This document shows positions 1 to 7,538 of a stretch of DNA of 43,157 nt, piece after piece. A program made the position numbers and the translations under genes. A model generated the notes under the pieces. It had not been told where the DNA came from. It worked only from the letters and a program-made list of their open reading frames with translations, and did not search any database. Numbering within the stretch: position 1 is the stretch's first letter; the number at the start of each line of letters is the position of its first letter. The stretch is from Myxococcota bacterium (GTDB lineage Bacteria > Myxococcota_A > Polyangia > Polyangiales > Sandaracinaceae), in assembly GCA_036149055.1 (NCBI GenBank), contig JAYZQJ010000054.1:1-43157 (forward strand). The letters run 5' to 3'.

Positions 1-227
1 GCGAGAGCCCAAAAGACAGTCGTCGACTCGCCGGCCGTCTCGCCATCCCGGCGGCGAGTCTCCATCCCGCGGCCAGACCGACCCCTCTGCGTCTCTGCGC
101 CTCTGCGAGAGACAAATAGACAGCCTCAGAGCCGCAGGCAGTCTCGCCGTCGAGGCGGCGAGTCTCCATCCCGCGGCCCCCCATCCATCTTTGCGGCTTC
201 GCGCCTTGGCGAGAGCCCAATGGACAG
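1..227 (-). repeat. Tandem ~104-bp REP/BIME-like repeat array (about 2 units visible, truncated at window edge)
   Basis: GCGAGAG.CAA..GACAG recurs at 1, 105 and 209. Units share CTCGCC..GGCGAGTCTCCATCCCGCGGCC and a triple 8-mer (85-107 CTCTGCGTCTCTGCGCCTCTGCG; 189-211 CTTTGCGGCTTCGCGCCTTGGCG). The reverse complement matches the array at 25445-25880. Confidence 0.85.
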
Positions 228-240
228 CCGTGGCGAGGTG

Positions 241-1587
241 TCAATCGGTGCGGCGGAGGAGGAGGTGGGCGACGCGGTCGACGCGGCGGGTGTCGGAGAC
301 CTTCTCGATGCGCTCGATGGTGTAGCCGCGCTGCTCGAGCCAGCGGGTGAGGCCTTCGAGGTCGTAGCGGCGGCTGTAGAGCATGGTCAGGGCGCGCCGC
401 TCCTGCTCGAGCACGAGGTCGTGGCAGAAGTTGTAGGAGCCGGGGATCGAGGCCGAGTCGTCGTCCTCGCGGACCCAGACGCGGAGCTCGATGTCCGCGG
501 GCTTGCGGCCGAGCGCCGCCTCCCAGCGACGGTAGGGGCCCTCGAGGAGGAGACGGCGGTTCGTCTCGGCGGCCGTCTCCGTCGACGACTTCTGGGTCAG
601 ACGGTAGACCGGGTCGAGCTCCACCTTCTCGGCGCGCAGGCCGACCTCGAGCCAGAGCAGGTCTCCCGGGCGGGTGAGGAAGTTGAGCTTCTGTCGGACG
701 AACGTGTCCTCGTGGCGGACGTTGCCGAACACGTTGCCGAGCACGAGCACGAGGCGACGGCTCGCCTCTTCCTCGTGACGGCTGCTCGGGAGCCGGCGCG
801 CGAAGTCGAGCGGGCCCTCCTCGAAGTCGGAGCAGATCGCGAAGACCCGGGAGCGCTCGAAGGGCAGATGCGCGACGCGGCGGCGGGCCGCGAGGGCGGC
901 GCGGAGGAGCAGCGAGATCGACACGTCGACCATCGTCATCGAGCGCCAGGGGAGGGGATCGATCTTCTGCTCCGCGCCCTCGAGCGCGCCGAGCACCTCG
1001 ACCTCCTTGGAGCCCTCGCCCGGGCCGAGGCTGATGACGTCGAGCCCGCGGGTGCGGCCGCGGCGACCGAGGGAGAGGCTCGAGGCGATCGGGCCCTTGG
1101 CGGTGCCGTCCTTGTTGCGCCCGGTCTCGAGCCACTGCTGCGCGCAGGCGCGGACCCCGTTGAGCCAGGTCTCCTGCTCGTAGCCGCCGCCGATCAGGTT
1201 CTCCCAGGCGAGCGCGCCCTGCGGCTCGAAGTAGAGGAAGCGGTGGCCGAGGTAGTCGTAGTGCATCCGATCCCGGAGCTGGCGCTGCAGCTCGGAGGGG
1301 CTCGCCTCGGGGGCCACGTCGAGGTGGGTGATGCCGCCCTCGAGGTCCAGCTCGCCCGCGCCGGCCCACTCGCGGAGGCTGGCCACCCGGGAGCCGAGGG
1401 CCCGCTTCACCTGCTCGAGCTTGGCGGGCTTCAGCTCGCCGACCGCGCCGGTGCGCCAGTTGGCGATGGTCTCGGGGCTCACCCCGACGAGCTGGGCGAG
1501 CTCCTTGTCGCCCTCGATGCCGAGGACCTCGGCGAAGCTGAGCAGCAGCTCGAAGACCTGCGCGGTGGATCCGTCCTTCTTGCTCAC
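241..1587 (-). CDS. XRE/Cro-type HTH fused to an EgtD-like (histidine N-alpha-methyltransferase family) SAM-dependent methyltransferase domain
   Basis: N-terminal HTH DKELAQLVGVSPETIANWRTG. EgtD-like motifs follow in order: HRFLYFEPQGALAWE, ISLGPGEGSKE (SAM motif I), MVDVS, CSDFEE, LVLGNVFGN, PGDLLWLEVG, YSRRYDLE. GTG start with GGAGAG upstream. Confidence 0.8.
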   Translation of the reverse strand: MSKKDGSTAQVFELLLSFAEVLGIEGDKELAQLVGVSPETIANWRTGAVGELKPAKLEQVKRALGSRVASLREWAGAGELDLEGGITHLDVAPEASPSELQRQLRDRMHYDYLGHRFLYFEPQGALAWENLIGGGYEQETWLNGVRACAQQWLETGRNKDGTAKGPIASSLSLGRRGRTRGLDVISLGPGEGSKEVEVLGALEGAEQKIDPLPWRSMTMVDVSISLLLRAALAARRRVAHLPFERSRVFAICSDFEEGPLDFARRLPSSRHEEEASRRLVLVLGNVFGNVRHEDTFVRQKLNFLTRPGDLLWLEVGLRAEKVELDPVYRLTQKSSTETAAETNRRLLLEGPYRRWEAALGRKPADIELRVWVREDDDSASIPGSYNFCHDLVLEQERRALTMLYSRRYDLEGLTRWLEQRGYTIERIEKVSDTRRVDRVAHLLLRRTD

Positions 1588-1618
1588 TCTCTCTCCACGT
1601 TCATCTCGGAAAGGGCGT

Positions 1619-1670
1619 TTTCGGCGCGGCCGACCTCGTCTTTCGACGCGACCCGCCGCTTTTCGGAGCG
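1619..1670. promoter_or_regulatory. Three phased direct repeats TTTCG(G/A)(C/A)GCG in the divergent promoter region
   Basis: TTTCGGCGCG at 1619, TTTCGACGCG at 1641, TTTCGGAGCG at 1661; spacing 22 and 20 bp. Confidence 0.4.
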
Positions 1671-1727
1671 CGCCCCGCCTCCCGGCCGACCAGCTTCGAG
1701 GAGTCGAGAAACTTGGAGGAGGGACAC

Positions 1728-2420
1728 ATGCAGATCGTGAGGGCCGCCCGAGGGTGGCACATCTGGCTCGGAGTCGCCGCCCTGTCGGTGGGCTGCGCGA
1801 CCGACGTGGGGACGTCGGTTCAGCACATCGACGGCGCGAGCTTCGACACGCTTCAATCGGGGGAGGATCTCTGGGTCGACCTGACCGACCCCACGCTCGC
1901 CGCGGTCATCGACCAGGAGACCGCGCCGCTCGATCGGATCGTGCTCGTCTGCCCGAACGGGGCGGCGATGCGCTTCGAGCGCTGGGCCGAGGAGCAGGAG
2001 GTCGGACCCGACGGGAGCCGCTTCGTCTCGCTGGGCCTGGACCTCGAGCAGGTCGCCGACGCGCTCGACGGCGTAGAAGAGGAGGAGGACTGCCAGCCCA
2101 CCTGCTACGCGTGCGCGGACGGCGTCGTCATCTGCTCCGGCTGCGGACGGGACACGAGCCACCACGGCATGGGCACGCCCCTGCCGTCGGCCCGGGAGCT
2201 GCAGCCCTACGCGCCGCCGGATCCCACCGATCCCGGGAGCGGCGGCTCCGGCGGTGACGGAGAGGTGCCCGGCGTCGAGCCTCCGCGGGAAGGCGGCTCC
2301 TCGGGCGGCGGCTCGTCGGGCGGCTCGAGCGGCGGCGGGCACTCCGGCGGCGGCCACAGCGGCGGCGGCGGGCACTCCGGCGGCGGCCACAGCGGCGGCG
2401 GCGGACACCCGGGCTGGTAG
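1728..2420 (+). CDS. Hypothetical lipoprotein with a Cys cluster and a C-terminal Gly-His-Ser repeat tail
   Basis: ATG at 1728 after GGAGG; lipobox-like LSVGC; CQPTCYACADGVVICSGC; (SGGG[G]H)n tail. Confidence 0.75.
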   Translation: MQIVRAARGWHIWLGVAALSVGCATDVGTSVQHIDGASFDTLQSGEDLWVDLTDPTLAAVIDQETAPLDRIVLVCPNGAAMRFERWAEEQEVGPDGSRFVSLGLDLEQVADALDGVEEEEDCQPTCYACADGVVICSGCGRDTSHHGMGTPLPSARELQPYAPPDPTDPGSGGSGGDGEVPGVEPPREGGSSGGGSSGGSSGGGHSGGGHSGGGGHSGGGHSGGGGHPGW

Positions 2421-2430
2421 CCAGACATTC

Positions 2431-2513
2431 GGGCGCCGGTCCTCGGGCTGGCGCCCCTCCACCACCACACACACACAACCGGCGCCCCGACCTCCATCCA
2501 AGGTCGGGGCGCC
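2431..2513. terminator. Double hairpin between convergent genes, probable bidirectional terminator
   Basis: Perfect 13-bp stem GGCGCCCCGACCT/AGGTCGGGGCGCC (2481-2513) and a second stem at 2431-2456 with G-U pairs, separated by a CA-rich tract that reads GU-rich on the minus strand. Confidence 0.6.
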
Positions 2514-2522
2514 ACCTATCCG

Positions 2523-3539
2523 TCAGTAGGAGAACTTGCCGAGCTTCACCTTGCCGCGGAACACCCAGTAGACGATCCCGGTGTAGGTGAGCACGAAGGG
2601 CATGCCGATGGCGGCGATGACCGCCATGAGCCCGAGCGTCGTCTCGCTGGAGGCGGCGTTCTCGATCGTCAGGTCGGGGCCCGGGCCGCTCGAGACCACC
2701 AGGTTGGGGAAGAGCGCCATGCCGAACAGGAAGACCAGCGCGGCGATGGTGCAGCAGCTCGAGACGAACGCGTAGGCCGGGCGGCCGTGGTGAATGGCCC
2801 GCGGGATGTTGGCCACCGCGAGCACGTTGAGCGCGACCACGATCCAGGCGGCCGGCCAGCGGGCGAAGTTCGCGGTCGCGTGGGGGATCTCGATCAGCGT
2901 GAACGCGGTGACGAAGACGTAGGCGGCGAGGAAGACGAAGAACGTGCGCCAGATCCAGCGGTGCACGCGGGCCTGCAGCTCTCCCTCGGTCTTCAGGTAG
3001 AGGAAGATCGAGCCGTGCATCGCCGCGGCGCAGACCGCGAAGAGCCCCACCGCGATCGGGTAGGCGCCGAGCAGGCCGAGGGTGGTGCCGACGTGCTCGT
3101 GCTCGGCGTCGAGGGGGAGGCCCTTCATCGCGTTGCCGGCGGCGACGCCGAACACGAAGACGACCGTGAAGCTCGAGAGGAAGAACGAGAAGTCCCAGTA
3201 GCCGCGCCAGAGCTTCGAGGGCCGCTTCGACCGGAACTCGATGCTGATCGCGCGGCCGATGAGGCTGAAGAGCAGGATGATCACCGGGAAGTACATCCCG
3301 CTCAGGATCGTCGCGTAGGCCTCGGGGAAGGCGGCGAAGAGCGCGCCCCCGAACGTCACGAGCCACACCTCGTTACCGTCCCACAGCGGGCCGATGCTGT
3401 TGATCGCGAGGCGCCGCTCGGTCTCGCCGCGGACCAGCGGGTGCAGGATCCCCACCCCGAGGTCGAAGCCGTCGAGGATCGCGTAGCCGGTCAAGAGCAC
3501 CCCGAGCAGCACGAACCAGAAGGTCGGCAGGTCGATCAC
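2523..3539 (-). CDS. cydB: Cytochrome bd ubiquinol oxidase subunit II
   Basis: [33 protein letters not shown], and C-terminal [16 protein letters not shown] start overlaps the cydA stop (GTGA). Confidence 0.96.
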   Translation of the reverse strand: MIDLPTFWFVLLGVLLTGYAILDGFDLGVGILHPLVRGETERRLAINSIGPLWDGNEVWLVTFGGALFAAFPEAYATILSGMYFPVIILLFSLIGRAISIEFRSKRPSKLWRGYWDFSFFLSSFTVVFVFGVAAGNAMKGLPLDAEHEHVGTTLGLLGAYPIAVGLFAVCAAAMHGSIFLYLKTEGELQARVHRWIWRTFFVFLAAYVFVTAFTLIEIPHATANFARWPAAWIVVALNVLAVANIPRAIHHGRPAYAFVSSCCTIAALVFLFGMALFPNLVVSSGPGPDLTIENAASSETTLGLMAVIAAIGMPFVLTYTGIVYWVFRGKVKLGKFSY

Positions 3540-4981
3540 TCCTCGTCTCCCTCGGTGTGGGTGAGCGAGTAGGGCGAGCTCGGTCCGCTGAGGCGGGAGG
3601 CCGCGGTGAGCAGATCCTCCTGCGCGGTGCCCTCGGGTACCCGCAGCTCGTCCGGGTCCTCCGGGCCGTGCTGGATCTTCTCGTTCATCACCACGAGCCA
3701 GAGCGCGAAGAGCGCGAGGTAGATGGCGCCGAAGAGCACGATCGAGCCGAGCACCTCCTCCTGGGCGACGGACTTCGAGACCGCGTCGGTGGTGCGGAGC
3801 AGCCCGTAGACCACCCAGGGCTGACGGCCGACCTCGGTCGCGACCCAGCCCGCCTGGTTGGCGATGTAGGGCAGCGGCACGCTGAGCACGAAGACCCAGA
3901 GCAGCCAGCGCGTCTGGAAGAGCTTCTTTCGCCAGAGCAGGAAGAGGCCGAGCAAGGTCAGGCCGATGAAGTACATCCCGAGCCCGACCATCACGTGATA
4001 GGTGACGAACGGGATCACCACCGGCGGCCGGTCCTCCGGCGGGGTCTGGTCGAGCCCCTCCACCGGGGTGGAGAAGTCGCCGTGCACCAGGAAGGTGAGC
4101 ATGCCGGGGATGGCGACCCCCATGCGCACCTGCTCCGCCTCCTCGTCTGGCCAGCCGATCGCGTAGAGCGCGGTCGCGCCGTCGCCGGTGTGGAAGTGGC
4201 CCTCGAAGGCGGCCAGCTTCGCGGGCTGGTTCTCCGCCACCGCGACCGCCTGGGAGTGGCCGCTCACCAGGATGAGCACCGAGCTGAGCGCGGCGAAGAC
4301 GAGACCCACCGTGAAGGCGCGCCGGGCGAGCTCCTCGTGGCGGCGCTTCAGCAGATAGAAGGCCGAGACGCTCATCACGAAGAACGCGCCGAGGATGAAC
4401 GCGCCGAGCAGCACGTGACCGAGGCGGTGCATCGACGACGGGTTGAAGACCATCGCCCAGAAGTCGGTGATCTCGGCCCGCGTCCGGCCGCCCTCGGTGA
4501 CCACGTGGAAGCCCGCCGGGGTGTGCATCCACGAGTTGGCGATGACGATCCAGACGCTCGAGAAGACCGAGCCGGTGAACACCATCAGCGTGGAGAAGAA
4601 GTGCATCTTCGGCCCGACGCGGTCCCAGCCGAAGACGAGCACGGCGAGGAAGCCGCTCTCGAGGAAGAAGGCGAAGATGCCCTCCGACGCGAGCGCCGAT
4701 CCGAAGACGTCGCCCACGAAGCGGGAGTAGGTCGCCCAGTTCGTGCCGAACTCGAACTCCATCACGATCCCGGTCGCGACACCGACCGCGAAGTTGACCG
4801 CGAAGAGCTTGGTGAAGAAGCGCGCCAGAGACTCCCAGCGGGGGTCCTTCGTGCGCAGGTAGGCGCCCTCCATCAGGACCATCTGCGCGCCGAGCCCGAT
4901 GGAGAGCGGCGGGAACAGATAGTGGACCATGATCGTCAGCGCGAACTGCAGCCGCGAGAGCAAGACGACGTCGAAGTCCAT
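3536..4981 (-). CDS. cydA: Cytochrome bd ubiquinol oxidase subunit I (short Q-loop type)
   Basis: [73 protein letters not shown]. Start placed at MDFD (4981). Confidence 0.97.
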   Translation of the reverse strand: MDFDVVLLSRLQFALTIMVHYLFPPLSIGLGAQMVLMEGAYLRTKDPRWESLARFFTKLFAVNFAVGVATGIVMEFEFGTNWATYSRFVGDVFGSALASEGIFAFFLESGFLAVLVFGWDRVGPKMHFFSTLMVFTGSVFSSVWIVIANSWMHTPAGFHVVTEGGRTRAEITDFWAMVFNPSSMHRLGHVLLGAFILGAFFVMSVSAFYLLKRRHEELARRAFTVGLVFAALSSVLILVSGHSQAVAVAENQPAKLAAFEGHFHTGDGATALYAIGWPDEEAEQVRMGVAIPGMLTFLVHGDFSTPVEGLDQTPPEDRPPVVIPFVTYHVMVGLGMYFIGLTLLGLFLLWRKKLFQTRWLLWVFVLSVPLPYIANQAGWVATEVGRQPWVVYGLLRTTDAVSKSVAQEEVLGSIVLFGAIYLALFALWLVVMNEKIQHGPEDPDELRVPEGTAQEDLLTAASRLSGPSSPYSLTHTEGDEE

Positions 4982-5179
4982 GATCAGCGCGTAGGGTCGG
5001 CCGGGTCGCCCGGGAAGTCTAGTGCGAGGTCCATCCCGGTAGAAGGGCACCTGGCTTGTCCCGACGCTCCAGGGCGGCGTTGCTCCTCCTCGCCGATGCG
5101 GGGCATCGACTCGCCGTCGCGCCTTGCCCTGAAACGCCGGTCCGGCGCCATCTCCCCTTCTACCGGTCGGATCTCCGCA

Positions 5180-5683
5180 CTAGGCCCGCGCGCGGAGGCG
5201 GGCGTCGGCGGCGCGGTAGAGGTGGAAGTACGTGGCGAGGTCCCGGGCGGGGCCGTCCGGCGCTCGCTCGCCGAGCCACCGCGCGGCGTCGGTCATGCGA
5301 TCGAAGATGGCCTGCTCGCAGCGCGGCTGCGCGAGCGTCCACACCGCGCGGGACACGACCCGGAGCGAAGCCCGCCGCACGCCCCCGAACTCGGGCACCG
5401 CGGCGATGGCGGTGAAGCGCCGCTCGATGCGACGCAGGGTCGCGACCAGCTCCGGGATGGCGGTGTCGAAGCTCGGGGTGAGCGGATAGCGGGGATCGAG
5501 GCGGAAGATCGTCAGCAGCACGAGCCCCTCGGGCGCGACCGACTCCACCGACTCGGCGAAGGCGCTCAGGGCCGGGCCGTCGAGCAGCGCCCGGTGGATC
5601 GAGACCAGCACGCCGCCCTGCGCGCATGCGCACCTCCGAGGGTCGTCCACCAGGACGTCGACCTCCGCGGCGTCGTCTCCCAT
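5180..5683 (-). CDS. Hypothetical protein, STAS/SEC14 (SpoIIAA-like) small alpha/beta type
   Basis: C-terminal 167 aa of ORF 5180..6586 from ATG 5683, 5 nt after the LysR stop. Contains AIAAV..GG..RA and ends AIFDRMTDAARWL, resembling myxobacterial STAS/SEC14-like proteins. Confidence 0.6.
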   Translation of the reverse strand: MGDDAAEVDVLVDDPRRCACAQGGVLVSIHRALLDGPALSAFAESVESVAPEGLVLLTIFRLDPRYPLTPSFDTAIPELVATLRRIERRFTAIAAVPEFGGVRRASLRVVSRAVWTLAQPRCEQAIFDRMTDAARWLGERAPDGPARDLATYFHLYRAADARLRARA

Positions 5684-5688
5684 CCCCC

Positions 5689-6573
5689 TCAGGGCGAGGC
5701 TATCACGAGGGCCTCGAGCAGCGCCTCGGTGCGCCCTCCGGGCTCGAGGGTCGGGCGATGCATCACGTAGAGGGCGCTCGACGAGAGCGTCCGCAGCTTC
5801 ACGAGTCCGGCGCGCTCGGCCACCGGCCAGGGGAGCGCGGCGAGGTAGGCGCCGGTCGCGCAGGCGTCGACGCCGACCTGCATCTGGTGCACCGACAGCC
5901 CGATGGTGCGCGGCTGGTCCGGTGGCCAGCGATCCGGGACCCGGCCGTCCGGCAGCGGGGTCGGCGCGACGAAGGGGTGCGCGCGCAGGTCGCTCGCCGT
6001 GAGCCGCCGCCGCGTCGCCAGCGGGTGGGCCTCGCCGCAGCAGAGCGCGTGCGGGACCTCGGCGAGGTGGCGCAGGGTCAGGGTCTCCTTCGGCGTCGGG
6101 TCCTCGAGCACCGCGACGTCGATCTCGCCGCGCTCCAGCGCCCCGGTCGGGCTCGGCGCGCTCACCACCCGGGGGGAGAGCCCGGGGTGGGTCGCGGCCA
6201 GCGCGCGGAGCGCGGGCAGGACGTAGATCGGCGCGTAGGGGCCGGGCACCGAGACGCGCACCTCCCCGACCAGCCGCCCCGGGCCGAGCTGCGTCAGCGA
6301 CTCGTCCACCCGCCGCATCGCGTCTCGCACCGCTCGGAGCAGCTCCTCGCCCGCCGCGTTGAGCACCAGCTGGCGACCCCGTCGCTCGAACAGCGGGCGG
6401 CCGACGTCCTCCTCGAGCAGCCGCACGGTGCGCGACAGGCTCGAGGCGGTCACGTGCAGGGTGTCCGACGCGGTCGGCAGGTGCTGGGTCTCGGCCACCA
6501 CCCGGAAGACGGGCAGCCAGCTCCAGAGGCTCCTCAGGCGCGCGGCGCGGTCCATCGCCCGAGTGTGACTCAT
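5689..6573 (-). CDS. LysR family transcriptional regulator
   Basis: WLPVFRVVAETQHLPTASDTLHVTASSLSRTVRLLEEDVGRPLFERRGRQLVLNAAGE HTH; LERGEIDVAV in the substrate-binding domain. Start could be 6555. Confidence 0.95.
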   Translation of the reverse strand: MSHTRAMDRAARLRSLWSWLPVFRVVAETQHLPTASDTLHVTASSLSRTVRLLEEDVGRPLFERRGRQLVLNAAGEELLRAVRDAMRRVDESLTQLGPGRLVGEVRVSVPGPYAPIYVLPALRALAATHPGLSPRVVSAPSPTGALERGEIDVAVLEDPTPKETLTLRHLAEVPHALCCGEAHPLATRRRLTASDLRAHPFVAPTPLPDGRVPDRWPPDQPRTIGLSVHQMQVGVDACATGAYLAALPWPVAERAGLVKLRTLSSSALYVMHRPTLEPGGRTEALLEALVIASP

Positions 6574-6612
6574 TCGAATGATTCATCCGAATCTTTCTAA
6601 CGATTCGAATGA
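6570..6612. promoter_or_regulatory. AT-rich palindromic operator-like cluster in the LysR divergent promoter
   Basis: Perfect palindrome TCATTCGAATGA (6570-6581), GATTC-N4-GAATC (6580-6593), and a second ATTCGAATGA (6603-6612). Confidence 0.55.
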
Positions 6613-6671
6613 AACGGCGGGGCGGGGGGCGACGTAGGCGGGGCGAAACCGTTCACCGGAAGGAACCCATC

Positions 6672-7535
6672 ATGCGCACTTCGACTCTCCTCTTGGCGCT
6701 CACCCTGCTGGGCGCGTGCTCGAACGACACCGGCACCACCACCATGAGCCTCGGCTTCTCCGGCCTGCCCGAGCTGGGCGACGGCTACGAGTACGAGAGC
6801 TGGCTGATCGTGGACGGCGCCCCGGTCAGCGCCGGCCGCTTCACCGTCGACGCGGACGCCAACCCGAGCCCGGCGAGCTTCGAGATCGACAGCGTCGTCG
6901 CGAGCGACGCGACCGCCTACGTGCTCACCATCGAGCCCATCGAGGGCGACGATCCGGCGCCCTCCGCGGTGCACGTGCTCGCCGGTGATCTCATGGGCGG
7001 CGTCGCCAGCCTGACCACCGCCCACCCGGCCGCGATCGGCACCGACTTCGCCGACGCCGCGGGCGAGTACATCCTCGAGACGCCGACGAGCGAGGCCGTC
7101 GCCGACGACTACGCCCAGGGCATCTGGTGGCTCGTGCCCGGCGCCGACGGAATGGCCCCCGGGCTCACCCTGCCGGCGCTCCCCGAGGGCTGGGTCTACG
7201 AGGGCTGGGTCGCGAGCGAGGACGGCCCGGTGTCGACCGGCACCTTCACCGCCGCGGACATGGCCGACGCGGACGGCGCCGGCGAGACGGCGGGCCCCGA
7301 CGGGAGCCCCCCGTTCCCCGGTCAGGACTTCATCGACCCGGCGGTCGTGCTCACCGGCGGCTACGCGGCGGTGATCAGCGTCGAGCCGGTGCCGGACGAC
7401 AGCCCGATGCCCTTCGTGATCAAGCCGCTGATCGACATGAGCATCGACGACGTGATGGCGCCCGACACCCAGACGATGGAGAACGCCGCCGCCTCGAACC
7501 TCCCGTCGGGCAGCGTCACGTTCGCCTCGAACTGA
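6672..7535 (+). CDS. Acidic lipoprotein with two tandem RskA-C-like (anti-sigma-K extracytoplasmic-like) domains
   Basis: AAGGAA RBS; lipobox LLGAC; internal duplication LPELGDGYEYESWL..PVSAGRF..LTIEP and LPALPEGWVYEGWV..PVSTGTF..ISVEP. Confidence 0.75.
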   Translation: MRTSTLLLALTLLGACSNDTGTTTMSLGFSGLPELGDGYEYESWLIVDGAPVSAGRFTVDADANPSPASFEIDSVVASDATAYVLTIEPIEGDDPAPSAVHVLAGDLMGGVASLTTAHPAAIGTDFADAAGEYILETPTSEAVADDYAQGIWWLVPGADGMAPGLTLPALPEGWVYEGWVASEDGPVSTGTFTAADMADADGAGETAGPDGSPPFPGQDFIDPAVVLTGGYAAVISVEPVPDDSPMPFVIKPLIDMSIDDVMAPDTQTMENAAASNLPSGSVTFASN

Positions 7536-7538
7536 CCG

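Noticed and set aside
241..1587. Calling the gene egtD (ergothioneine biosynthesis)
   Set aside because: It has an extra HTH, diverged substrate-binding motifs, and no egtB/egtC in the window.
220..1740. 506-aa plus-strand ORF and similar long antisense ORFs (3557..5770, 7770..9161, 13348..15639, 28680..32165, 32585..38566)
   Set aside because: These are shadow frames opposite well-supported genes; stop codons are scarce at this GC content and no motifs are recognisable.
2459..2480. (CA)n phase-variation microsatellite
   Set aside because: The tract is short and lies between convergent 3' ends, so slippage would not alter a reading frame or promoter.
2523..4532. 669-aa CydB with long N-terminal extension, or a cydA/cydB frameshift fusion
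   Set aside because: The extension is an Arg/Pro-rich off-frame reading of cydA. The true start is the GTG at 3539 overlapping the cydA stop.
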